Source: Mucilaginibacter sp. (lineage in GTDB: Bacteria; Bacteroidota; Bacteroidia; Sphingobacteriales; Sphingobacteriaceae). Taken from it: a DNA stretch of 64,000 bases. Each line of letters opens with the position of its first letter. Position 1 is the stretch's first letter. Both the position numbers and the translations under genes were made by a program. Location of the stretch: NCBI GenBank assembly GCA_035547095.1, contig DASZVE010000015.1, forward strand, positions 17,306 through 81,305, read 5' to 3'. Below, in pieces: positions 8,824 to 17,924 of this stretch. The notes under the pieces were generated by a model, which was not told the origin of the DNA, ran no database searches, and was given only the letters and a program-made list of their open reading frames with translations.

Positions 8824-9516
8824 TTGCACCGGATGGAACTTCTCGACCAAACCTGGTACCTGCTTAAAAAAGAGATCCTGCTCGAATGGCGCTCGAAGTA
8901 CGCCTTTAATGGGGTGCTGCTTTATGTGGTATCGACCGTGTTTGTTTGCTATATTTCGTTCAAGATCACTCCTGGTTTTGCGGGCAGCTCGGGTTACCCG
9001 GTTGTTTGGAATGTGCTATTCTGGATCATTATGCTTTTTGCCGCGGTAAACGCTATCGCCAAAAGCTTTATGCAGGAGAGCAAGAACCGCCTGCTTTACT
9101 ATTATACCATTGCCGGTCCGCAAGCCGTTATCCTGGCCAAAACCATTTACAATATCCTGCTCATGTCGCTGCTGAGCGTATTGGCGCTGATCATTTACAT
9201 GCTGTTCTTCACCAACACCATTGGCGACCCGCTGTTTTACTTTTTGGCCGTGTTACTGGGCAGCTTTAGCTTTTCTACCGTTTTCACTATGATCTCGGCC
9301 ATCGCTTCCAAAGCAGGCAATAACGGTACGCTGATGGCTATCCTGAGCTTCCCGGTTGTTATTCCCGTCATATTAGTGCTCATCCGCCTGAGCAAAAACG
9401 CCATGGACGGCCTCGAACGCAGCGCTAACTATGAAAACATCGGCGTGCTCTGCGCCATTAATGTCATCGTTGTCGCTACCTCGCTGCTGCTTTTCCCTTA
9501 TTTGTGGAGGGATTGA
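8824..9516 (+). CDS. ccmB: Heme exporter permease CcmB
   Basis: 230 aa with six hydrophobic spans. The CcmB-like C-terminal segment is LSFPVVIPVILVLIRLS. Other ccm genes lie nearby. Confidence 0.7.
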   Translation: MHRMELLDQTWYLLKKEILLEWRSKYAFNGVLLYVVSTVFVCYISFKITPGFAGSSGYPVVWNVLFWIIMLFAAVNAIAKSFMQESKNRLLYYYTIAGPQAVILAKTIYNILLMSLLSVLALIIYMLFFTNTIGDPLFYFLAVLLGSFSFSTVFTMISAIASKAGNNGTLMAILSFPVVIPVILVLIRLSKNAMDGLERSANYENIGVLCAINVIVVATSLLLFPYLWRD

Positions 9517-9520
9517 GGAA

Positions 9521-9548
9521 GTCAGAGGTCTGAAGTCGGAGTGAGTCA
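9521..9548 (+). repeat. Heptad word array GTCNNAG, directly after the ccmB stop
   Basis: The units read gtcagag gtctgaa gtcggag tgagtca. Confidence 0.6.
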
Positions 9549-9672
9549 ACCTTAAAACTCAGAACTTAATAAGTGTAGTGTATCAGCAGAGCCTGCTACA
9601 CTGGCATGATCGTGTCAGTGAGGCTGTATTGATTGAAAATGTTCTGATAACTCATCAATAAGAATTATTTTA

Positions 9673-9701
9673 ATTTTATTTAGACTTAGTCTAAATAAAA
9701 T
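9673..9701. promoter_or_regulatory. Perfect 29-bp palindrome (14-nt arms, 1-nt centre). It is a candidate operator, or alternatively an AT-rich terminator stem
   Basis: The arms are attttatttagact and agtctaaataaaat, separated by a single t. The palindrome abuts the TAnnTTTG box at 9703-9710 and lies 29 nt upstream of the ATG at 9730. Confidence 0.5.
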
Positions 9702-9702
9702 A

Positions 9703-9710
9703 TACTTTTG
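9703..9710 (+). promoter_or_regulatory. Candidate Bacteroidota -7 promoter box (TAnnTTTG)
   Basis: TACTTTTG matches TAnnTTTG exactly, 20 nt before the DUF1111 gene ATG. Confidence 0.45.
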
Positions 9711-9729
9711 CCTCATTAAACTATACCAC

Positions 9730-10962
9730 ATGAGCAAAAGATACATTATCATTTCCGGTCTGTTTATCATGACGCTGGCGATCACGATTGGCTCCATTTC
9801 ATCGTGCAAAAAACTAATGCCTGATATGATCGATCCGAATTTTGGCGTTTGCGGACCGGTCGACGATCTGACCAATAGTCAAACCATCCTTTTTTCGAAA
9901 GGGAACGACCAGTTCTTCGCCATAAGGGACGCAGCGAGCGGTCTGGGGCCATACTTCGTGTCGAATAGCTGCGGCGGCTGTCATTCGAGCGATAACAGAG
10001 GCCATCCTTTTACTATACTAACCCGCTTTGGACAGACCGACAGCACCGGCAATAAATTCCTCGGCCAGGGCGGTCCGCAATTGGGTAGTAACAACCTGCC
10101 CGGCTATACTGCTGAACAGATTCCTGCCGGCGCCACAAGCTCGAAGTTTATCGCGCCTATTACTGCCGGGGTAGGATTCCTGGAAGCCGTGCCCGACACC
10201 GAGATCATCGCTATGGCGCACCGGAATGCAAATAACCCCGACGGCGTGCGCGGCCATCCAAATTACAATACCGTGCCTGCCAACATCACGCCGCTTTACG
10301 GCTCCGTTCCGCGCGCGGATGGCAAATACATCTGCCGGTTCGGACGCAAAGCCTCGACTTACAGCCTTGTCCAGCAAACAGCGGCAGCATATAACCATGA
10401 TATGGGTATCACATCCGCTTTTATGCCTGTCAACCCCTACAATTATTTGGATCAGGCTGCCCCTCCCGTATCGTCACCTGAAATAAATAATGACGATTTC
10501 AACTCGGTGGTATTTTATGTCACCTGCCTGCAAACGCCCAACCAGCGTAATGTCGGTGATCAGGCGGTTAAACGGGGAAACGCACTGTTTGTACAGATCG
10601 GCTGCGAAACATGCCATAAGCAAACATTGACTACCGGCTATTCACCTATTCCTGCGCTTTCGAATAAAACCATCAGCCCGTTTACCGACTTGCTGGTGCA
10701 CGATATGGGCCCTGCGCTGGATGATGGCTATACCGAAGGTGACGCTAAAACGTCCGAATGGCGCACCACGCCGCTTTGGGGACTTGGACTTGCCCGGAAT
10801 GTACAGGGCGGCAACATTTACCTCATGCACGACGGTCGCGCACATAGCATACGGGAAGCCATAAAGCTACATGGCGGCGAGGCCGCGGTAAGCGCGGCAA
10901 GGTTCGGGAAATTAAATGCACAGGACCAGAGCGCAGTTATTACCTTTTTAAACTCACTATAA
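9730..10962 (+). CDS. Di-heme c-type oxidoreductase (DUF1111 / thiol oxidoreductase-like), probable lipoprotein
   Basis: Two CxxCH motifs (CGGCH, CETCH) and SEWRTTPLWGLG. The N-terminal signal has SSC (a lipobox-like Cys). Confidence 0.85.
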   Translation: MSKRYIIISGLFIMTLAITIGSISSCKKLMPDMIDPNFGVCGPVDDLTNSQTILFSKGNDQFFAIRDAASGLGPYFVSNSCGGCHSSDNRGHPFTILTRFGQTDSTGNKFLGQGGPQLGSNNLPGYTAEQIPAGATSSKFIAPITAGVGFLEAVPDTEIIAMAHRNANNPDGVRGHPNYNTVPANITPLYGSVPRADGKYICRFGRKASTYSLVQQTAAAYNHDMGITSAFMPVNPYNYLDQAAPPVSSPEINNDDFNSVVFYVTCLQTPNQRNVGDQAVKRGNALFVQIGCETCHKQTLTTGYSPIPALSNKTISPFTDLLVHDMGPALDDGYTEGDAKTSEWRTTPLWGLGLARNVQGGNIYLMHDGRAHSIREAIKLHGGEAAVSAARFGKLNAQDQSAVITFLNSL

Positions 10963-11394
10963 ATGCAGCGGAAAGAGTTCATCAAAACATGCGGCATGGC
11001 CTGCGTTGGCGCCGCATTTCTTGGGATTGCCTTTGAAGGCTGCAACGGAAGCAAAATGGTTGCCGGTATAATGGACGGATCCGGATTGCTGGTGCCGCTG
11101 TCGGCTTTTGAGCAAGGCAAAGGATCATACTATAAATACGTTGTCGTTCAGCACGAAAAGCTGAGATATCCCGTTTGCGTTTATCGCTTTGATGAAAATT
11201 CATATACCGCGTTATTAATGCGCTGCACGCACCAGGGCGCGGAACTGCAGGTTTTCGGCGACCGGCTTGAATGCCCGGCACATGGCAGCAGGTTCACCAA
11301 CACCGGCGCGGTACAGAACGGCCCTGCCGATGCCGGCCTGCGCTCCTTCCCGGTAAAAATTTTACAAGATCAACTACATATCACTTTATCATAA
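10963..11394 (+). CDS. Rieske [2Fe-2S] domain protein
   Basis: CTHQG...(17 aa)...CPAHGSRF is the Rieske CxH/CxxH pair. The ATG immediately follows the DUF1111 stop. Confidence 0.85.
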   Translation: MQRKEFIKTCGMACVGAAFLGIAFEGCNGSKMVAGIMDGSGLLVPLSAFEQGKGSYYKYVVVQHEKLRYPVCVYRFDENSYTALLMRCTHQGAELQVFGDRLECPAHGSRFTNTGAVQNGPADAGLRSFPVKILQDQLHITLS

Positions 11395-11395
11395 A

Positions 11396-12673
11396 ATGAA
11401 ACGACTTTATTGCATTTATTCGATATTCCTCTTATTGACTGCAGCTACTGCACAAGCCCAGATCGACAGCAGTTTGCTGAAGGGTTCGGCAAAAACTGAT
11501 ACTACCCGGAAAAAATTGAGCATGGATGCCATTTACGACAGGCCTTTCCTTAAAATGGGAAAAATGCCGGTGTCGATCGGCGGGTATATGGAAGCCAACT
11601 GGCAGTATGTCAGCACATCGGGTATATCTATAGGCAACCAATTCCAATTTCGCAGGTTCAGCCTTTTCGCAGCATCTTCTATATCGAACAGGATCAAATT
11701 CCTGTCTGAAATCGAATACGAGGACGATCCGGCAGGCGACCCGGACGAAGCCGCCGAAGGCGGCAAATTTGAAGTGGAATATGCCGCCGTCGACATCGAG
11801 CTGCATCCTTTGCTAAACCTCCGGGGCGGTATGATTGTCAACCCGATTGGCTCATTCAATGAAAACCACGACGGGCCCAAATGGGAATTTACCGACCGCC
11901 CGATTGCCATGACGCAAATGCTGCCCGACACCTGGAGCAACCCCGGTTTTGGCGCCTACGGCAAGGAGTACAGCGGGCACTGGATGTATGGCTATGAGTT
12001 TTATCTGAGCGGAGGCTTTAACGATTCGATCATCGACAATCCGCAGGGAAGGACTTCTTTGTCGGCTGCAAAAACCAGTGCAACCCGTTTTATAAAAAGC
12101 GCCGGCGGCGAGCCGCTCTATACGGGAAAGGTTTCGCTTGGAAATGACAAGATAGGCGAGCTTGGCCTGTCGTACATGGGCGGCGTTTATAACACCTGGC
12201 AAATAGAAGGCGCCACGGCCGATAATAAACGCAGGGTGAATGTCTTCGATGCGGATTTTAATACGACACTGCCATGGACACATACCAATATCATAACCGA
12301 ATGGGCTTATATCGCATTGGACATACCGCCAAATTACCCGCAATCGTATGGCAACAGGCAGTTCGGCGGTTTTGTGGATGTGGTTCAGCCCATTATAAGC
12401 GGCAGGATGCTGGGCTGGCAGCACGCCACGTTGAACCTCGCCGTGCGTGGCGAATATGTGGATTGGAACGTTGGGAATTTTGCCGCAACCGGTACGCCTA
12501 TGTATAACGACGTATGGAGCATCATGCCGGCCATCAGTTTCAGGCCGACCCCGCAAACCGTGCTGCGGTTGAATTACCGCATCCAAAATCAGCGCGATAT
12601 TACCGGCAGCACCATAGGCGCAACCATAGGCCCGACCAGGGGTATCAGTTTAGGCGTTTCGACCTATTTTTAG
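11396..12673 (+). CDS. Outer-membrane beta-barrel (porin-like) protein
   Basis: Has a signal peptide ending AQAQ, alternating beta-strand-like segments and a C-terminal GVSTYF. The ATG lies 1 nt after the Rieske stop. Confidence 0.5.
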   Translation: MKRLYCIYSIFLLLTAATAQAQIDSSLLKGSAKTDTTRKKLSMDAIYDRPFLKMGKMPVSIGGYMEANWQYVSTSGISIGNQFQFRRFSLFAASSISNRIKFLSEIEYEDDPAGDPDEAAEGGKFEVEYAAVDIELHPLLNLRGGMIVNPIGSFNENHDGPKWEFTDRPIAMTQMLPDTWSNPGFGAYGKEYSGHWMYGYEFYLSGGFNDSIIDNPQGRTSLSAAKTSATRFIKSAGGEPLYTGKVSLGNDKIGELGLSYMGGVYNTWQIEGATADNKRRVNVFDADFNTTLPWTHTNIITEWAYIALDIPPNYPQSYGNRQFGGFVDVVQPIISGRMLGWQHATLNLAVRGEYVDWNVGNFAATGTPMYNDVWSIMPAISFRPTPQTVLRLNYRIQNQRDITGSTIGATIGPTRGISLGVSTYF

Positions 12674-12808
12674 TTGGAGATAGTCTGTATTAAGAATTTT
12701 ACCTTGAGGGAATGAATTAGGCACTGTGAGGGACTGGTATTTTATCGATAATTCACAATAAATGCGTTTATTAGCGGCACAATAGCCCTGTTAAAGTATT
12801 TTTGTGAA

Positions 12809-13999
12809 ATGAGTTTCAGAAGGATTATACTGCTTCTCGTTTTTTTACCTTTTTTCTCTAGCGCCCAAACCGTCATCTCAGGTAAAGTAACCACCTCCGA
12901 GTCGCTTACGCCTATTGGAAAAGTCAGCGTTTTCCTGAGCAACTCGTCTTATGGTACTGAAACGGCCGAGGATGGTACATTCAGACTTGTCGGCGTTAAA
13001 CCCGGTCAATACGAACTGGTTGCCAGTTCGGTTGGGTTCCAGGAGTATTCGGAATTCATTTTAGTAGGCAGTTCGCCCATAACAGTCAATATCAAGATGC
13101 TGCCGAAGATGAATATGCTGCGGGGCGTGGTGATATCAAGCAATGCCGACTGGAAAAAGAACTATGAGCTGTTTCGGAAGGATTTTATCGGAGAGTCGGA
13201 GAATGGCAAAAAATGCGATGTTGCAAACCCTCATACTATGAACCTGGTGTACCACGGCAAAAGCCGGATGCTTGAGGCCTGGTCGAACGACTTCCTGGTA
13301 GTGGATAACAGGGCGCTGGGATACCGGGTTAAGTTCCTGGTGGATACTTTTTCGAGCTCGGGCTTGAGTGGTATTGTTGAGTGGCAGGGCAAGGTGGTTT
13401 TCGAGGAAATGAAAGGCAGCGAAGAACAGAAAAAGGAATGGCGTGAGAAACGCGAGCATATCTACTATGGCTCGCAGCGCCAGTTTTTCCGTTCCCTCTA
13501 TAACAACACGCTTACGCAGGATGGGTTCATCATGTATCACCTGAGCCGCGAACCGAACGCCGACAGGCCGCCCGAAGGCGTGATCCTGGCGAAGATCAAA
13601 TACTTCAGGGAAATAAGATTTAACAGGGATTCATTTAATTATTGGGTCGGGAAGGAAAACCTGTCCAAGTATTACCACGAGCACCTGGATAAAACCCCGC
13701 TCCAGCCTTACCAGGTTTTTGCACAAACGAGTAAGCCCGGTTTGTTTGTACTATCGTTTCGGGACTGTTTGTATGTCGTTTATACCAAAAGACGCGAGGA
13801 GACTGATTTTAAGGACGTATACCGGACGCTGGATATGGAAAATTTTGAAACCAGCATACTTACCCTGATGAAGCCCTATGCCATTTTTGATATGAATGGT
13901 GTGGTAGTCGAGAATGTGCCGCTGGCGGAAGGGAGCTGGTCAAAAGCAAAATTGGGAGAACTTTTACCGTTCGATTACGTGCCGGGCGAGAATAAATAG
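12809..13999 (+). CDS. Carboxypeptidase-regulatory-like (CarboxypepD_reg) domain protein
   Basis: A signal peptide is followed by VISGKVTTSESLTPIGKVSVFLSNSSYGTETAEDGTFRLVGVKPGQYELVASSVGF. Confidence 0.7.
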   Translation: MSFRRIILLLVFLPFFSSAQTVISGKVTTSESLTPIGKVSVFLSNSSYGTETAEDGTFRLVGVKPGQYELVASSVGFQEYSEFILVGSSPITVNIKMLPKMNMLRGVVISSNADWKKNYELFRKDFIGESENGKKCDVANPHTMNLVYHGKSRMLEAWSNDFLVVDNRALGYRVKFLVDTFSSSGLSGIVEWQGKVVFEEMKGSEEQKKEWREKREHIYYGSQRQFFRSLYNNTLTQDGFIMYHLSREPNADRPPEGVILAKIKYFREIRFNRDSFNYWVGKENLSKYYHEHLDKTPLQPYQVFAQTSKPGLFVLSFRDCLYVVYTKRREETDFKDVYRTLDMENFETSILTLMKPYAIFDMNGVVVENVPLAEGSWSKAKLGELLPFDYVPGENK

Positions 14000-14108
14000 T
14001 CCGAAAGTCCGGAAGTCCGTGTAAGTCCGGAAGTATAAATAAATGATTGGGCTCAAAACATCCATGTCACTTCTTTCGGACTTTCCGACTTGTGCGGACT
14101 TTCGGACT
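13999..14108. repeat. GTCCGRAA-type element (13999-14034, starts in the stop codon) and its inverted copy (14070-14108)
   Basis: The first copy reads gtccgaaa gtccggaa gtccgtgtaa gtccggaa gt. The second reads cttctttcggactttccgacttgtgcggactttcggact. Confidence 0.85.
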
Positions 14109-14138
14109 CTCTTTCGTACATTTGACCGTTCAATTACT

Positions 14139-14813
14139 ATGAAAATAATTTATCAAACCTGGTGGAAAGTATTGGCTGTTGTGCTGGTATTCTACACATT
14201 GATAGCCGGTTTGCTGATGGGTGTGCCCAGGCTGCCTATTTTACACGAAACCATACGCAACCTGTATTTTCATGTGCCCATGTGGTTTGCCATGCTCACG
14301 GTACTGGTGCTGTCGGTATTTTTCAGCATCCGCTACCTCAGGGATGGACGGGAAGAAGACGACCTGGCGGCAGTAGAATGCGTCAACACCGGCATGATGT
14401 TTTACGCCCTGGGCCTGGTTACCGGTATGATTTGGGCCAAGTATACCTGGGGTGAGTTCTGGAGCGGCGATCCTAAACAAAATAGCGCGGCGATAGCTTT
14501 TTTACTGTATTGCGCCTATATGGTGCTTCGAAACTCGATCGACGAAGAACAAAAACGGGCCAAAATAGCGGCTATCTACAATATCTTTGCTTTCCCGGTA
14601 ATGGTGGTATTACTTTTCGTATTACCCCGAATGACGGATTCACTTCATCCGGGTAACGGCGGTAACCCCGCATTCGGCCGGTACGACCTGGACGACCGGA
14701 TGCGTGCCGTGTTTTATCCTGCCTGTGCCGGATGGATCATGCTGGCCGTCTGGATAGCAACTATACGTTATCGTATCCGTTTAATTCAGCAAAAAAGAAA
14801 TAGCTTAAATTAA
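14139..14813 (+). CDS. ccmC: Heme exporter / cytochrome c assembly protein CcmC
   Basis: Carries the W-rich motif WAKYTWGEFWSGDPKQN. The start is taken at ATG 14139 (MKIIYQTWWK), because the upstream extension reads through the repeat. Confidence 0.85.
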   Translation: MKIIYQTWWKVLAVVLVFYTLIAGLLMGVPRLPILHETIRNLYFHVPMWFAMLTVLVLSVFFSIRYLRDGREEDDLAAVECVNTGMMFYALGLVTGMIWAKYTWGEFWSGDPKQNSAAIAFLLYCAYMVLRNSIDEEQKRAKIAAIYNIFAFPVMVVLLFVLPRMTDSLHPGNGGNPAFGRYDLDDRMRAVFYPACAGWIMLAVWIATIRYRIRLIQQKRNSLN

Positions 14814-14868
14814 TATCTGCTCACGGTTTTGTGAGTTTTTTATAACGAATTTTGAAGCCGAACACCTA

Positions 14869-15078
14869 ATGAAAAAAACTTTTATCCTGGCGCTTTTGAC
14901 CTTATCGCAACTGGCGGTTTTTGGACAGCAATCTTCAAACGTACAAATGGCGGATACCTTGCGTCAATCGGGCAAGATATATGTGGTGGTAGCAATCATT
15001 TGCATCATTTTCGCCGGTTTGGCTATTTACCTGTTCTCGATCGACAGAAAGCTGAAAAAAATAGAAAAAGAGAAGTAG
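14869..15078 (+). CDS. ccmD: CcmD-family small membrane protein
   Basis: 69 aa. One TM segment is followed by IDRKLKKIEKEK. It sits directly after ccmC. Confidence 0.6.
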   Translation: MKKTFILALLTLSQLAVFGQQSSNVQMADTLRQSGKIYVVVAIICIIFAGLAIYLFSIDRKLKKIEKEK

Positions 15079-15235
15079 CATAAAAACCGGGGCTATTTTA
15101 TTTAAACATCGTTTCGAGCCTGTGCAGTGCGTTGTGTAGGTGAAACACTAACAAATAGAAATTTGCAATATTGATAAATTTTGTACCAACTTTGTGCACT
15201 TTTTTGAGAATATAATAATTTATAAATCCTAAATT

Positions 15236-16672
15236 ATGGCAAATAACAACCCGGCCGCCAATAACGAAACCCACTTCTTTGGCGACGTATGCAAGAATTT
15301 CGACTATGCTGCGCAGTTTACCAAACACGATGCAGGCCTGCTCGACCAGATCAAATCATGTAACAGCGTTTACCGTTTCCGTTTTCCCATCCGTAAGGGC
15401 GATGGTTTCGAGGTGATCGACGCCTGGCGCGTGGAGCACTCGCAGCACCAGTCGCCCACCAAGGGCGGTATCCGCTACAGCGAAATGGTGAACGAGGATG
15501 AAGTAATGGCGCTCGCAGCCCTCATGACCTACAAATGCGCTATTGTAAACGTTCCTTTCGGCGGCGCGAAAGGCGGCATCAGGATCAACCCTAAGAATTA
15601 TACTTTACAGGAACTCGAAAATATCACCCGTCGCTATACCGTCGAGCTGGCGAAGAAAAACTTCATCGGTCCGAGTATAGATGTTCCGGCGCCTGATTAC
15701 GGTTCAGGTGAGCGCGAAATGAGTTGGATAGCCGATACCTATGCGACCATGAATCCGGGCCAGTTGGATGCCATGGGCTGTGTTACCGGCAAACCGATAG
15801 CTCTGCATGGCATTCAGGGGCGCCGCGAGGCTACCGGCCGCGGTGTGGCAATTGCTGCCCGCGAATGTGTAAGCGTGGCCGAGGATATGAAGAAGATCGG
15901 CTTGCTTCCGGGTTTGACAGGTAAAAGAGTGATCGTCCAGGGCCTGGGTAATGTGGGGTATCATTCCGCAAAATTCCTCGGCGAATTCGGCGCCACTATC
16001 GTGGGCCTGTGTGAATATGAAGGCGCTATTTATAACGCTGATGGCCTGGATGTCGACGCGGTCCTGCAGCATCGCAAGCAAACGGGCACCATATTGGGCT
16101 TTAAGGGCGCAAAACAGGAATTCAAGAACTCAGGAGAAGGACTGGAACAGCCCTGCGATATATTGGTTCCGGCAGCTTTAGAGAACCAGATCACCGAGCG
16201 TAACGTGAGGAACATCAAAGCAAAAATTATAGTCGAAGGCGCCAATGGACCTACTACGCCATCGGCCGAAACGATATTTTACGAAAACGGCGGTATCATC
16301 GTGCCCGATATGTATGCCAACGCCGGCGGTGTTACGGTATCCTATTTTGAATGGCTGAAAAATTTGTCGCATGTGGCCTTTGGCCGTATGAACAGGCGCT
16401 TTGAGGAAACCGCCAATACCAACCTGGTAAACATGGTGGAAAGTTTAACAGGCGTTGCGCTCAGCCCGCTGCAGCGTTCAACCATCATTAAAGGCGCTTC
16501 CGAACTCGAGTTGGTAAATTCGGGCCTGGAGGACACCATGATCCGCTCGTACCACGAGATCAGGGAAACTTACAATACCGTAGAAAAAATAGATACGCTG
16601 CGGACAGCGGCGTTTGTTGGTGCAATTAATAAAATTGCCGTATCTTACAAAAATTTGGGCGTTTGGCCATGA
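15236..16672 (+). CDS. Glu/Leu/Phe/Val-family (glutamate) dehydrogenase
   Basis: Contains [40 protein letters not shown] and the Rossmann segment VQGLGNVG. Confidence 0.9.
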   Translation: MANNNPAANNETHFFGDVCKNFDYAAQFTKHDAGLLDQIKSCNSVYRFRFPIRKGDGFEVIDAWRVEHSQHQSPTKGGIRYSEMVNEDEVMALAALMTYKCAIVNVPFGGAKGGIRINPKNYTLQELENITRRYTVELAKKNFIGPSIDVPAPDYGSGEREMSWIADTYATMNPGQLDAMGCVTGKPIALHGIQGRREATGRGVAIAARECVSVAEDMKKIGLLPGLTGKRVIVQGLGNVGYHSAKFLGEFGATIVGLCEYEGAIYNADGLDVDAVLQHRKQTGTILGFKGAKQEFKNSGEGLEQPCDILVPAALENQITERNVRNIKAKIIVEGANGPTTPSAETIFYENGGIIVPDMYANAGGVTVSYFEWLKNLSHVAFGRMNRRFEETANTNLVNMVESLTGVALSPLQRSTIIKGASELELVNSGLEDTMIRSYHEIRETYNTVEKIDTLRTAAFVGAINKIAVSYKNLGVWP

Positions 16673-16734
16673 TCCCCTGGCACCCTGTTTCGGGGAGCAG
16701 GCGCCTTGCATAAATATGCTGCCCATATAAGAAT

Positions 16735-16765
16735 AAAGTGCCGTTGTGCTGATCAATGGCACTTT
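16735..16765 (+). terminator. Possible gdh terminator hairpin
   Basis: The 8-bp stem is aaagtgcc / ggcacttt with a 15-nt loop. The T tract is weak (ttatcaatt). Confidence 0.35.
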
Positions 16766-16800
16766 ATCAATTAAACCAAACTTGTGATCATAATTTTACT

Positions 16801-17319
16801 ATGGCAAGCAGGCGCAGGCGAAAAAGACAAGCCCGACGAATTTTCAGAAAGATTAAGGGCATATGGATAGTCAAGGCGGTGCTTTATATACTGGGTATAC
16901 TGTCGTTCTTTTACACACAGCGCCAGTACGAGGTGACCATCGTTAGCCTTAGTACGCTGCTGACTATAGGCATTGTGAGCGGTCTGCTGGTTTCATTGAT
17001 ATTGGAACGGAACATAAGATATTACCTGTTTTCGATCATATTTTTTGGCAGCCTGTGTACAGCGGCATTTTTTTGGGTCAATAAAGCGTTATCAGGCAGC
17101 GATGAAATAAAACTTAAGCAGCGTATTCTTTATAAGGCCCTGGCCTCACCTACTATCGAACATTCAAAGGTGACCATCAGTTTTGATAGCTTTACCAAGG
17201 ATATACCCATCAGCAGCGACCAGGAGTTTAACATCGCACAAGCTTCATTTATCATTCTTACCGTACATCCGGGCGGGCTCGGTCATTATATTATCATAAG
17301 CTCGGAGCTGGCGAAGTAG
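16801..17319 (+). CDS. Hypothetical membrane protein
   Basis: A basic N-terminus (MASRRRRKRQARR) is followed by three hydrophobic spans. No recognisable domain. Confidence 0.4.
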   Translation: MASRRRRKRQARRIFRKIKGIWIVKAVLYILGILSFFYTQRQYEVTIVSLSTLLTIGIVSGLLVSLILERNIRYYLFSIIFFGSLCTAAFFWVNKALSGSDEIKLKQRILYKALASPTIEHSKVTISFDSFTKDIPISSDQEFNIAQASFIILTVHPGGLGHYIIISSELAK

Positions 17320-17414
17320 ACGGACAATAGTCAACAGTGAACGGTGAATAGTGAATAGTGAATGGTCAGAATGCTTGTCCTGTTCAACTTTCTGACTTTT
17401 GCCGACTTTCGGGC
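17317..17414 (+). repeat. Heptad word array TGAAYRG (7-8 units, 17317-17365, starts at the stop codon), then a degenerate reverse GTCCGRAA-type array (17387-17414)
   Basis: The heptads read tagacgg acaatag tcaacag tgaacgg tgaatag tgaatag tgaatgg. The second array reads actttctg acttttgccg actttcgggc. Confidence 0.75.
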
Positions 17415-17462
17415 TATCGATAATGATTCTAAATAGTATTAATGATTTGCAATAAACTTTAT

Positions 17463-17485
17463 TAACTTTGCGTTTCGTATTTTTG
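17463..17485 (+). promoter_or_regulatory. Two candidate TAnnTTTG -7 boxes upstream of ccmE
   Basis: TAACTTTG (17463-17470) and TATTTTTG (17478-17485). The ATG is at 17508. Confidence 0.35.
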
Positions 17486-17507
17486 TATCCGATAAGAAGC
17501 AAACGCG

Positions 17508-17918
17508 ATGAAAAAGAGTTCGATAATTGGTTTAGTAGTCATAGCCATAGCTATAGCCGTCATCATCGGCCTGTATTCCAATGCGAGCAGTTACGGTAGC
17601 TTTGCCGACGCCAAAAAAGCAAGCGGTGAGTTGCACGTAATAGGTTACCTGGACAAACAAAAGGAACTCTATTATGATGCCGCAAAGGATGCCAATTATT
17701 TTTCCTTTTACATGAAGGACAAAAAGGGTGAGGAATGTAAAGTGGTTTTCCCTGGCACGAAGCCGCAGGATTTTGAGCGTTCGGAGCAGATAGTACTCGT
17801 AGGCGAAATGGTGAATGGGGAATTTCATGCCTCCCACATTCAGATGAAGTGCCCCTCTAAATACACGCAAGACAAGGTGGATATCACCGAGGCCAGTGCA
17901 AAAAAGGCCGATATATAA
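17508..17918 (+). CDS. ccmE: Cytochrome c maturation heme chaperone CcmE, CxxxY variant
   Basis: An N-terminal TM anchor and an OB-fold-like body. The heme-binding position reads KCPSKY (Cys115..Tyr119, nt 17850-17864) instead of HxxxY. Confidence 0.85.
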   Translation: MKKSSIIGLVVIAIAIAVIIGLYSNASSYGSFADAKKASGELHVIGYLDKQKELYYDAAKDANYFSFYMKDKKGEECKVVFPGTKPQDFERSEQIVLVGEMVNGEFHASHIQMKCPSKYTQDKVDITEASAKKADI

Positions 17919-17924
17919 ACAGTA

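Noticed and set aside
12797-12804. TATTTTTG as a -7 promoter box for the CarboxypepD_reg gene
   Set aside because: It ends only 4 nt before the ATG at 12809, so the transcript would start at or after the start codon. This may be a chance match in A+T-rich DNA.
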